The notes under the pieces were generated by a model. The model was given only the letters and a program-made list of their open reading frames with translations. It was not told the DNA's origin and did not search any database. From Gemmatimonadota bacterium (GTDB lineage Bacteria; Gemmatimonadota; Gemmatimonadetes; Gemmatimonadales; GWC2-71-9), in NCBI GenBank assembly GCA_039584755.1, contig JBDGXD010000001.1, forward strand, positions 1 to 52,102: DNA of 52,102 nt, given 5' to 3'. A program made the translations under genes and the position numbers. Below are positions 34,682-43,624 of the stretch, in pieces (within the stretch, counting starts at the first letter, position 1; each line of letters starts with the position of its first letter).

Positions 34682-35863
34682 ATGAGCAGAGCAAGACTGA
34701 GAATCCTCGCAGCTGCGGCGGGCACCGCCGCCTTGGCCGGGGTCACCGAGGTGAGCGGACAGGTCCAGGAGCAGCGTTTGGCTGATCCAGTGACCTCGTT
34801 CCCCCAGGAATTCGGCATGGTCAGCGGTTTGCTGGAATTGCCTGGAGGGCGGGTAATGGTGGCTGATCCTCTGGGCCAGGTACTGGTGGTGCTGGACATG
34901 GCAGCCGGAACGGCGGACACCATCGGACGCGTGGGTCAAGGGCCCAAAGAGTACCGCCAGCCGGACGGCCTGTTTTGGCTGCCGGGCGACTCCGTCATGC
35001 TCGTGGATCTGGGCAACGGTCGGCTCACGGTGTTGGATCCGGATCTCGAATTCGGGGAAACAACGCCGATCGCGCAAGGCAGTCCTCGGTCCGGAAACAT
35101 GATGATTCGGATGCCAAGCTGGCTTGACTCATACGGGCGGGCATACTTCCAGCGCATGATGGGTCGCATGAGGCCCAACGGCGAGATGGCCGATTCGGCA
35201 GACGTGCTGCGGTGGGATAGATCGACGGGTGCCGTGGACACCATCGGAATGGTCAAGCTGCAGGAAGTGAGCGTGACTCGGGGTGGGAGTGCTAACAACC
35301 AGATGGTGTCCATGAGTCCCAAGCCCTTGAGTCCGCAGGATGGCTGGGCGGCTGGCTCGGATGGGCGCGTTGTCATGGTTCGTTCGATCGACTATCACGT
35401 GGAGTGGGTCGAGTCGGACGGCCAGGTCGTCAGTGGACCACCGGTGGACTTTGAGCCAGTGAGGGTTCGCAATCCCGACAAGGAGGCCTGGGTCGACAAT
35501 CTCTCCAGCAGTGGTATGTCGATCAGTATGCAGAACGTGAACGGGCAGATCACGACGTCGTTTAGTCGCGGAGGGAGTAGGGGAACGGGTGATGCCGTTG
35601 ACTCCTATGAGTGGCCTGACGTGATGCCCGCGTTCCGGGCGAACAGAGTTCGTGTGGCTCCGGACGGGACTGCCTGGGTCGAGCGGTACGTGTCGGCTGG
35701 TTCTCCGGTGACATTCGACGTGTTCGATCAAGCGGGCCGGCTCGCCAAACAGGTGATTCTGCCTCCGGGTCGCCGTATCGCCGGCTTCGGCGAGGGAGTG
35801 CTCTACGCCGTCAACTCAGATGAACTCGACCTGCAGTGGTTGGAGAAATACAAGTTGAATTAG
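34682..35863 (+). CDS. Secreted beta-propeller protein (6-bladed / NHL-like), hypothetical
   Basis: Signal peptide MSRARLRILAAAAGTAALAG. Repeated blade-like segments (GRVMVADPLGQVLVVLD, DSVMLVDLGNGRLTVLD, DGRVVMVRS, DGTAWVERY). Confidence 0.7.
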   Translation: MSRARLRILAAAAGTAALAGVTEVSGQVQEQRLADPVTSFPQEFGMVSGLLELPGGRVMVADPLGQVLVVLDMAAGTADTIGRVGQGPKEYRQPDGLFWLPGDSVMLVDLGNGRLTVLDPDLEFGETTPIAQGSPRSGNMMIRMPSWLDSYGRAYFQRMMGRMRPNGEMADSADVLRWDRSTGAVDTIGMVKLQEVSVTRGGSANNQMVSMSPKPLSPQDGWAAGSDGRVVMVRSIDYHVEWVESDGQVVSGPPVDFEPVRVRNPDKEAWVDNLSSSGMSISMQNVNGQITTSFSRGGSRGTGDAVDSYEWPDVMPAFRANRVRVAPDGTAWVERYVSAGSPVTFDVFDQAGRLAKQVILPPGRRIAGFGEGVLYAVNSDELDLQWLEKYKLN

Positions 35864-35875
35864 GGGTGTAAACAC

Positions 35876-35912
35876 ACAGTTGCTCTGCAGGTGATGCTTG
35901 CAGAGCAACTGT
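35876..35912. terminator. Bidirectional terminator-like hairpin between convergent genes
   Basis: ACAGTTGCTCTGCA-(9 nt)-TGCAGAGCAACTGT forms a perfect 14-bp stem between the stops at 35863 (+) and 35932 (-). Confidence 0.6.
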
Positions 35913-35931
35913 ATGTGTCGTCAGTAGGTGT

Positions 35932-37710
35932 CTAGTACCCCACCGCCGCTCCGTCCACGTCCCGCGGATCAGCCGCGCCGATCCGTTCACCGGTCACAGG
36001 GTCAATCATTATGCAGTGAGTCACACCCTGTCGCTCTCTTACAGTCACGAGATGACCTAGAGCTTCGAGTTCCTGCTTTATCTCGTCGGTGATTCCCCCC
36101 TGCTCCACTCGAACCGTATTGGGCAGCCAAGCGTGGTGCAGTCGACTTGCGGCCACCGCATCCTCGATCTGCATGTCGAAATCGACGATGTTGAGGATGA
36201 CCTGGAGCACGCTGTTGATGATCGTTCGTCCACCCGGGCTGCCTACGACCGCTACGAGTCTGCCATCCTTTGCCAGAATGCTCGGGGTCATGGAGGAGAG
36301 CATGCGCTGCCCCGGCCTGGCCAGGTTGGGTTCACTGCCGATGTGTCCCAATGTGTCAGTCAATCCGCGCTGGGGATTGAAGTCACCCATCTCATTGTTG
36401 AGCAGAAACCCCGCTCCAGGTACGACTATACCAGACCCGTAGCCGAACTCGAGGGTATAGGTGATGGAAACGGCCATGCCATTGCCATCAACAACCGAGT
36501 AGTGTGTGGTCTGGGGGCTCTCGAACGGCAGCTCGATGTCGACCGGATCGGAATGACTCGCTTTCTGAGGGTCGATGCTCTGACGTAGCTCGTTAGCGTA
36601 TTCCTTGTTGGTGAGGCGTTCTACCGGCACGTCCGCATAACTCGGATCTGCCAAGAACCGCGCACGATCTAGGTAGCCCCGCCGCATTGCTTCGGTAACG
36701 TGATGGATGTATGCGGCGGAGTTGTGTCCCATCGATGCGAGATCGAACCCTTCCAAGATGTTCAGCATCTCGATCAAGACGGTGCCGCCACTGCTGGGCG
36801 GTGGCATGCTGATAACCTCGTAGCCGCGATAGGTACCCTTGACCGGAGCCCGCTCATGCAATCGATAGATGGCAAGGTCCTCTTCGGTGATCAGCCCTCC
36901 GCCGCGGCGCATCTCTTCCGCTATCAGCCGGGCCGTCTCTCCCTTGTAGAACCCGTCACGACCTTGCCGCATGATTCGTTCGAGGGTACGGGCCAAGTCC
37001 GGTTGCGCCCATGTCTCACCTTCCTGGTAAGGCTCACCGCCCTTGGAAAAAACTTGCACACTCGCCGGATACCGCTCCATCCTCCGGAGGCCGTACTGCA
37101 ACGAGTTAGCTAGTCCGGGCATAACTGCAAAGCCATCTCTGGCCAGGTCCACACTCGGTTGCACCAACCGGTTCCAGTCCGCCGTCCCGTAGGTCTCGTG
37201 CGCCTTGGCGAATCCGGCTACCGTGCCTGGAACACCGACTGCCTTGTGACTGCTGTGGTGGATGCTCGACGAGTACGTGCCGCTCTCGTCCAGGAACATG
37301 CGTGGGTCCGCCGCGATTGGTGCCCTTTCGCGGAAGTCGAATGCGGTGACCCGTCCGTCGGGAAACCGAATCACGAAGAATCCGCCACCGCCAATGTTGC
37401 CCGCAGTGGGATGCGTAACCGCCAACGCAAACCCGGTGGCGATGGCAGCATCAACCGCGTTGCCGCCGTCCCGCATTACTTCCATCCCGATCCGGCTGGC
37501 ATGCTCAGTGGCGGAGACGACCATTCCGTGGCTGGACCGAACTGCCACATCATGCTCAACTGCAGCCTGTACACGTGCGTGGTCGATTCGCGGAGTGTTG
37601 GCTGTACACGAAGCAGTTGCCGTAGCCAGCAGTACTGCTGCAGGCAGCACAGTCGTGAGCGGCCTCCCACGAGATACGGTCGGCCGAACGGATTCATACA
37701 TGGAGGCCAT
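35932..37710 (-). CDS. ggt: Gamma-glutamyltransferase (paralog 2)
   Basis: GGT family throughout. The nucleophile context is PQTTHYSVVDGNGMAVSITYTLE, with GSPGGRTII near the C-terminus. Lipoprotein-like signal (LLATATASC). Confidence 0.9.
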   Translation of the reverse strand: MASMYESVRPTVSRGRPLTTVLPAAVLLATATASCTANTPRIDHARVQAAVEHDVAVRSSHGMVVSATEHASRIGMEVMRDGGNAVDAAIATGFALAVTHPTAGNIGGGGFFVIRFPDGRVTAFDFRERAPIAADPRMFLDESGTYSSSIHHSSHKAVGVPGTVAGFAKAHETYGTADWNRLVQPSVDLARDGFAVMPGLANSLQYGLRRMERYPASVQVFSKGGEPYQEGETWAQPDLARTLERIMRQGRDGFYKGETARLIAEEMRRGGGLITEEDLAIYRLHERAPVKGTYRGYEVISMPPPSSGGTVLIEMLNILEGFDLASMGHNSAAYIHHVTEAMRRGYLDRARFLADPSYADVPVERLTNKEYANELRQSIDPQKASHSDPVDIELPFESPQTTHYSVVDGNGMAVSITYTLEFGYGSGIVVPGAGFLLNNEMGDFNPQRGLTDTLGHIGSEPNLARPGQRMLSSMTPSILAKDGRLVAVVGSPGGRTIINSVLQVILNIVDFDMQIEDAVAASRLHHAWLPNTVRVEQGGITDEIKQELEALGHLVTVRERQGVTHCIMIDPVTGERIGAADPRDVDGAAVGY

Positions 37711-37872
37711 CCCAGAGTGTGATTTCTGTCTTGTGAGTTCCCGTAGAGAAGCTAATGTGGAAGATTCACGCGAGCAAAAGTCTCACCCTTGCGGACAGCT
37801 GGGACTCACCTTACCTATCGTCTCCGGTGATTACGGTCAGTCACCGTCGCACCCATGACAGGAGCAGTCGAG

Positions 37873-38037
37873 ATGCCGGATAAACGGGAAGAGCGACGGG
37901 CCAAGGAACGGCGCAAGGGCCCGGTTCGCAAAGGTGAACGTCGCAAGAACGACAAACCGACGGAAAACGATCGACGTCGCTCTGGCGAACGACGCTCGGC
38001 CGATCGACGCAAGGGACAGGACAGGCGATCTACCTAG
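37873..38037 (+). CDS. Small (E/D)RR-repeat arginine-rich protein
   Basis: ATG 37873 lies 8 nt after AGGAG. Sequence is MPDKREERRAKERRKGPVRKGERRKNDKPTENDRRRSGERRSADRRKGQDRRST. The opposite strand is also open here, so coding status is not secure. The 3' end overlaps the convergent M28 gene by 8 nt. Confidence 0.4.
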   Translation: MPDKREERRAKERRKGPVRKGERRKNDKPTENDRRRSGERRSADRRKGQDRRST

Positions 38038-39421
38038 GCAGCCTGTCCTCCATATCGGCGACCACGTAGGCCATCACGGCCATCGTAGCCACGCACAGAG
38101 CCATCTCTCGCGCATCGAGCTTGTCGATCGTATCTGCGTTGGTGTGATGAAACCAGAAATACCGGGAACCGTCAACTTGCAGCCCCATTCCAGGTACCCC
38201 TTCGCGCATAATGGGGCCAATATCTGCGCCGCCGCCGCCCCGTGTGACAGAAGACGCCTCAATTGACTCGAGTAGAGTCCCGATCTCTCGCACCATCTCG
38301 AAAGCTGCATCCGAGCCTGTGAAACCGAATCCCGCCGGCTTGAACACACCGCCATCCGACTCCATGGCAAGAACGTGGTTGGTAAGCTCGGCATCATGTG
38401 CGTCCCTGTAGGCAGTTCCGCCCCTGAGACCGTTTTCCTCGTTGGTCCATAACACCGCACGCACAGTCCGGCGCGGGCGAAGACCGAGACGGTGCAGCAG
38501 CTTCACAACCTCCCAGGCGGCAACACTCCCACCGCCGTCGTCCATGGCGCCCTGTCCCACATCCCAGGAGTCGATATGACCGCCCAAGACCACCACTTCC
38601 TCTGGTCTCTCGTGTCCTACGATCTCAGCGATCACATTGCGCGATTCTACATCGGGGAGCGTCTGTGCCTCCATCATGAGGCGCACCACAATACGCTCTC
38701 CGCGATCCTGCATCCGCTGCAGCATTCCGGCGTCCTCGGCCGTGATCGCGCCATGAGGGATACGCACCACGTCGTCACTGTACGCCATTGCCCCGGTGTG
38801 AGGCGTGTTCAACGAATAGGGAGTAACCGACCGTATCAGGCTGGCTACCGCTCCGACTCGAGCCGCAGCGATTGCACCCTGTCCTCTGTACTGTACTGTC
38901 GGGCCATACCCGTTCCAGGGGGCGTTGAACAACACGATCTTTCCGGTAGCCTCTGCCGCCCTCGCACTCAGCTCATCGAAGCTCCTGACAACGAGCACCT
39001 CAGCGGTAATCCCTTCCGTGGGTGTCGCCACACTGCCTCCTAGGCCGAGCATAGGAAGCATTTGCTGGCGGGGTTCAACCAGCGCCGCTGACTCATTACC
39101 CCTCACCCAATGCGGTACCATTACTGGTTCACCGCGGACATTCTCCAGTCCATCCCGCTCCATCTCTGCCAGAATCCAGTCGAGTGCCAGCTCGAGGTTC
39201 TCCGAGCCACTGAACCGGTGGCCGAACCTGTCAACCAGTTCTGTTAGGCGCTCGAACGCAGCGCTGTCGCCGAGAGCCGCGGTGATGATGCGATCCGCAT
39301 CATCGCGATAGCGGTCGGCTACAGCCGTCGGCTGTTGTCCCTGGAGTTCGCCCAGGGCGAAAACGCAAGCCAAACAACTTGTAAGGGCGCTGGCCCATAC
39401 AGCGCGTGCCTGTCGTGCCAT
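38030..39421 (-). CDS. M28 family metallopeptidase with a PA domain (carboxypeptidase Q-like)
   Basis: GGHIDSWDVGQGAMDDGGG and LWTNEENGLRGG zinc-ligand motifs closely resemble carboxypeptidase Q. N-terminal signal peptide present. Confidence 0.88.
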   Translation of the reverse strand: MARQARAVWASALTSCLACVFALGELQGQQPTAVADRYRDDADRIITAALGDSAAFERLTELVDRFGHRFSGSENLELALDWILAEMERDGLENVRGEPVMVPHWVRGNESAALVEPRQQMLPMLGLGGSVATPTEGITAEVLVVRSFDELSARAAEATGKIVLFNAPWNGYGPTVQYRGQGAIAAARVGAVASLIRSVTPYSLNTPHTGAMAYSDDVVRIPHGAITAEDAGMLQRMQDRGERIVVRLMMEAQTLPDVESRNVIAEIVGHERPEEVVVLGGHIDSWDVGQGAMDDGGGSVAAWEVVKLLHRLGLRPRRTVRAVLWTNEENGLRGGTAYRDAHDAELTNHVLAMESDGGVFKPAGFGFTGSDAAFEMVREIGTLLESIEASSVTRGGGGADIGPIMREGVPGMGLQVDGSRYFWFHHTNADTIDKLDAREMALCVATMAVMAYVVADMEDRLPR

Positions 39422-39548
39422 GATAGTCTCTCGGTTGTTAGCGTGATCTATCGAAGGATTACGGTGGAGAACCTACGTGATCGTTCACGGCAAGCGGTCA
39501 ATCTAGCAGGGATCGATGCGATTCCCAAAAACGCCCTAACCGCTGGTG

Positions 39549-39962
39549 CTACCGCTCGGTGGATCGAGGCGGAATCGCCCCTTGCTGCCTGACGTTTGCT
39601 AACATCCGCTCCATGAAGTCGACCCGCTCGACCAGCTCACCCATGTCATCACGCATGGTGTCCATCTCATCGAGTATCATCTCGAGTCTTTCGTTCGTTT
39701 CGGGATCGTCCGACCTTCGCATCAGTCTTTCGTCTTCCCCCCAGTTGGCTACGCGCCTGCCATCTGCGTCCCGGAATCCACCTGCCACCACCAGAATCCA
39801 GTCGTAGAGCCACCAGATGCCCAACCCACCGAGGGTGCAGAGTTGAAGCACGCCTGTGCTGACCTTGCCGACATAGAATCGGTGCGCGCCGAACGGCCCG
39901 ATCAGGCTGGCCAGAGCCAACGTTACACCGCGTGATTTGTCCGAAACGTTCGAGTCAGACAT
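39549..39962 (-). CDS. TM2-domain membrane protein with a C-terminal coiled-coil tail
   Basis: TM2 signature LIGPFGAHRFYVGK...GGLGIWWLYDWILV. Confidence 0.85.
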   Translation of the reverse strand: MSDSNVSDKSRGVTLALASLIGPFGAHRFYVGKVSTGVLQLCTLGGLGIWWLYDWILVVAGGFRDADGRRVANWGEDERLMRRSDDPETNERLEMILDEMDTMRDDMGELVERVDFMERMLANVRQQGAIPPRSTER

Positions 39963-40033
39963 TTGCCTCTCCAGAAGCTGTGGACCCTACGTGGACCGTT
40001 GGAGCATGGTTTCCCGCCAACTCCCCTCTGCGC

Positions 40034-41251
40034 CTACTGCCTCTGCCCCTCCTGTCCCCTCTGCCTCTCCTGTACTTCCAACACACCCTCTCTCGCCCTC
40101 GCATATGCAATCAGCAGCGCCGTGCTCATGGAGTAGTTGTGTACTCCACCTTCTACGCGATTGGAACGAAGATAGGCGTCGTTCACGGTGCGTCCAATCT
40201 CGGTTCCGCGGCCTCTGAAGCTGCGCCAATAGCGGCGTGAGTCGTCGATGTCTCGCTGTACGCCGGGCAGACGCTCTCCAGCCAATTCACCGGCCCGATC
40301 GCGCTCCATTCTCACGAGAATCGCAAGTAGCTGTCTCTGAGCGAACACGAAGGCCGAGTACCGCGCTTCCGGTTCCTTGGAGTGTGCGGCCGATAAGAAA
40401 CCCCAGAAGTTGGCTTCCGATTCCCGGGCCACACCTCGTTGGTGAGCCTTCTCATGGGCTAGCATCTTGGGATTGTCGACCGCTGGGATCCCGGCCCTCA
40501 GGTTGGCCTCGGCCGTGAACGGAAAGTAGAAACCGGCGATACCTGTCCGCTCGTACCAGAAGCTCAGCAACGGTGTCTTAGCCCGTCCGTACCTGCCCGC
40601 CAACGGTGGCATCCCGAGCTCCAGTCGCGCCGCTTCCCACCCCTGGTCAAGTACCCGTTCGAGAGTGTTGGCGTCCAGGGTCAGTCGGGTTGGCTCGCCT
40701 GCGTCAGTCGCGCTGTGGATCTGCAGATAGGCGTCATTGGCGGCAGACACCATCTGTGCTGCCAGGTCCGCCACCTCGACTGCCGTCACATCATAGGGGT
40801 AGGACCACCCCAGTCTATTCTGCAGCGGAGCGCGCGCATAGTTGAATCCCCACAGAAGATAGAACAGCGCCACCAAGATCCCGAGATCTTGCCCGACACG
40901 CAGGGCACCTGCCTGGATTGCGTTGGTCCATTGACGGCGCCCCTGGCGGACGTCTATCAAGGCTATCGAACCGCCAATGAGTTGCCGAGCAATCAGAGCC
41001 AGTACGAAGAACTCGGAAAGTGCTAGCGGCACCACACCCGTGATCAGAGACAGAGCCCGGGCCACGCCGACGCCGACTGCATTGCCGTAGATGGTCTCGG
41101 TCACTCCGGGAAGGCGCGCAAGGACTAGCGACAGGAGGTAACAGGCGACTCCGACTCCGAATAGTAGCAGCCGTCTCCCAGCGTACAGCGGCCGGTTGCG
41201 CGAACTGGAATGTTCTACAGCACCGTTGGGAACGACGGATACTGCGTTCAC
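40034..41251 (-). CDS. DUF3810-family membrane protein (putative zinc metallopeptidase-like, HExxH)
   Basis: N-terminal TM helices and a MLAHEKAHQRG motif, with a layout typical of DUF3810. The last 15 codons or so are encoded by repeat-like polypurine sequence. Confidence 0.75.
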   Translation of the reverse strand: MNAVSVVPNGAVEHSSSRNRPLYAGRRLLLFGVGVACYLLSLVLARLPGVTETIYGNAVGVGVARALSLITGVVPLALSEFFVLALIARQLIGGSIALIDVRQGRRQWTNAIQAGALRVGQDLGILVALFYLLWGFNYARAPLQNRLGWSYPYDVTAVEVADLAAQMVSAANDAYLQIHSATDAGEPTRLTLDANTLERVLDQGWEAARLELGMPPLAGRYGRAKTPLLSFWYERTGIAGFYFPFTAEANLRAGIPAVDNPKMLAHEKAHQRGVARESEANFWGFLSAAHSKEPEARYSAFVFAQRQLLAILVRMERDRAGELAGERLPGVQRDIDDSRRYWRSFRGRGTEIGRTVNDAYLRSNRVEGGVHNYSMSTALLIAYARAREGVLEVQERQRGQEGQRQ

Positions 41252-41336
41252 CGGCTTCGTTGTCGAGCCTTGACCGAGGTGTCAGGTGGTTGGCGGCGAC
41301 CAGGGTTGCCCGGCCACTTAGCTGGAACGATCGGGG

Positions 41337-42254
41337 TCATCGACTCAGGTTCAGAGTCTTCCCTTCCACGGCCCTGCCAGGTGCCGGCGCCTCCACTTCC
41401 GCAACTTCACGTCCAACTGCTTTGGCGATGACTCGTATCTCCTGCATCATCTCGTCAAACCTGTTGGGGTGGAGGGACTGCGGTCCGTCACTCAATGCTT
41501 CCTGGGGATTGCAATGCACCTCGACCAGCAATCCGTCCGCGCCGACAGCCACAGCACCCCGGCACATTGCGGGGACCATCCAATAATGGCCCGTACCGTG
41601 GCTTGGATCGACAATTACCGGCAGATGACTGAGCCGCTTCAACATGGGAACTGCATTGAGATCGAGGGTATTGCGGGTAGCGTTCTCGAACGTCCGAATT
41701 CCCCGTTCACAGAACATGACTCTGTCATTGCCCTTGTTCAGCACGTACTCCGCTGCCAACAGCAACTCTTCAATCGTCGCACCCATTCCACGCTTCATCA
41801 GAATGGGTTTGTCGCATTGCCCTACCTCTTCCAGCAGTGGATAGTTGTGCATACTGCGGGACCCGATCTGCAGGATATCGGCGTGCTCGCACACCGGACC
41901 GACCTGCCGGGTGTCCATTACCTCCGTGACGACAGGCAGTCCCGTCTCTTCCCTGGCTTCCGCCAACAGTTCCAGGCCTTCCTCTCCCAGACCGCGGAAA
42001 CTGTAGGGCGAAGTGCGTGGTTTGTATGCGCCACCTCTGAGGATCCTGGCGCCGCTGGCTTGCACCGCCCTGGCCGTTGTGAGCAGCTGATCCCGACTCT
42101 CCACCGAACAGGGTCCGGCCATGATCACCACTTCCCGTCCACCGATCTCCACCCCACCTATGTTCAGAACGGTTCCGTCTGGGTTCGATTCCCGGCCCAC
42201 CAGCCTGAATGGAATCGGACCCGCGTACGAACCGCTACTTCTCCAGTTGTTCAT
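41337..42254 (-). CDS. 3-deoxy-7-phosphoheptulonate (DAHP) synthase, type I-beta
   Basis: [36 protein letters not shown] and DPSHGTG motifs of the DAHPS/KDO8PS I-beta family. Confidence 0.9.
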   Translation of the reverse strand: MNNWRSSGSYAGPIPFRLVGRESNPDGTVLNIGGVEIGGREVVIMAGPCSVESRDQLLTTARAVQASGARILRGGAYKPRTSPYSFRGLGEEGLELLAEAREETGLPVVTEVMDTRQVGPVCEHADILQIGSRSMHNYPLLEEVGQCDKPILMKRGMGATIEELLLAAEYVLNKGNDRVMFCERGIRTFENATRNTLDLNAVPMLKRLSHLPVIVDPSHGTGHYWMVPAMCRGAVAVGADGLLVEVHCNPQEALSDGPQSLHPNRFDEMMQEIRVIAKAVGREVAEVEAPAPGRAVEGKTLNLSR

Positions 42255-42749
42255 TACCTGACATCCCTATCAAGAAGGGGGTTGCGTGAAGCCATCTGGC
42301 GAATCTCAACCTGCATGCCCGGCTTCCCAAATCGAGCCAGAGGACCCTCTTGCCATGACGAGCTTCGTACCCCGAGATCGAAGAATCTCCCGAGTCACGC
42401 CCGGGTAGTACACCTAACCAACCTACAAGTTGTTTTCTTGCAAGGTCTTCCGCGCCAACATAAACACACCTTCACCCAGAGTGTCACGTGGCGTCACACT
42501 CACCCCGGTGTCAGCTAAGCCGTGACTGTCGTGCCGTTGCCCGGTGCGCTACAGCTGGACCGGGCCGGCTCCAGGCTCGCACGGCTGATTCCGGAGTAGG
42601 TCGAAACACTCCAACTTCTTTGAAATCAACACATTCTCGGCCCAAAATCAATGTACCTGCCGGTTCGCTAGATTCCACAAGTTGGACCGGGGATCGGCAA
42701 TACGCGGACAACTCGAAGCTCAGTTTCTTCCCGAAACCTGGGGACTCCC

Positions 42750-43457
42750 ATGTGCGGCCGCTTCACGATGTTCATCCCACCGGAGGATGTGGCGCAGATT
42801 TTCCAGCTGTCGCTGGATGAAGTCCGTCGGATCTTTGACTTCCCACCCCGTTACAACTTGGCTCCCACAGATACCGTCGCAGGTGTCCGGATGAGGTCCG
42901 GCGGTATTGGCCGGGAGCCGGCTAGGCTGCGGTGGGGGCTCGTGCCTCATTGGGCGCGCAGCAGCGAAATGGTCGCTCGAACCATCAATGCGCGGGCAGA
43001 ATCTGTGGCCGACAAACCGGCGTTTCGAGACCCTTTCAGGGAACGCAGGTGCTTGGTGCCGACAAGCGGTTTCTATGAATGGCGCAAGTTGTCCAGCGGC
43101 AAGCAACCTTATTTCATCTGTATGAGAAGCCGCGAGCCGTTCGCCTTTGCTGGGCTGTGGGATCGGTGGATCGGAGGTGGTCGGGATATCGAGTCGTGTG
43201 CGATTGTGACTACCAGTGCGAACCGCACGGTGCAGCCTATTCACGACCGAATGCCCGTGATACTCCAGCCGCAGGACTATGATTTGTGGCTGAATACCAC
43301 GGTCGGGGACCGCGAGGCACTGCTGAGCCTGCTCAGACCCTTTCCCGACCATCAGTTGACCGCGTATCCAGTATCGACGTTAGTCAATAAGCCGACCAAC
43401 GACGTTCCAGAGTGCGTTGAACCGGCTGAGTCGAGCCATCCGGGCCTATTCGACTGA
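42750..43457 (+). CDS. yedK: SOS-response-associated peptidase (SRAP/YedK family, abasic-site sensor)
   Basis: Invariant N-terminal MCGRF, plus RYNLAPT, GFYEW and the HDRMPVIL motif. Confidence 0.9.
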   Translation: MCGRFTMFIPPEDVAQIFQLSLDEVRRIFDFPPRYNLAPTDTVAGVRMRSGGIGREPARLRWGLVPHWARSSEMVARTINARAESVADKPAFRDPFRERRCLVPTSGFYEWRKLSSGKQPYFICMRSREPFAFAGLWDRWIGGGRDIESCAIVTTSANRTVQPIHDRMPVILQPQDYDLWLNTTVGDREALLSLLRPFPDHQLTAYPVSTLVNKPTNDVPECVEPAESSHPGLFD

Positions 43458-43624
43458 GGACAGCCAGCCAACCGTGATCACCTGGTGTCCGAGCGCGCCT
43501 CTGCCAACCTGAGGCATTCTCACTCAGTGTAGCTCAACCTGGATCTAATTCCGCAACTCTGCCAGAGTGTAGCACAACACCTCGCGATAGCCTCGCGCAC
43601 TCGGTGCATGTACTTTGGAGCACT

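Noticed and set aside
37815-38012. Minus-strand Arg-rich 65-aa ORF
   Set aside because: It is the mirror image of the plus-strand ERR-repeat ORF. The plus strand has a Shine-Dalgarno sequence at correct spacing, and this one has none. Neither is fully secure.
41469-42518. 349-aa plus-strand ORF
   Set aside because: It is antisense to the DAHP synthase gene and then runs into intergenic DNA, with no family resemblance.
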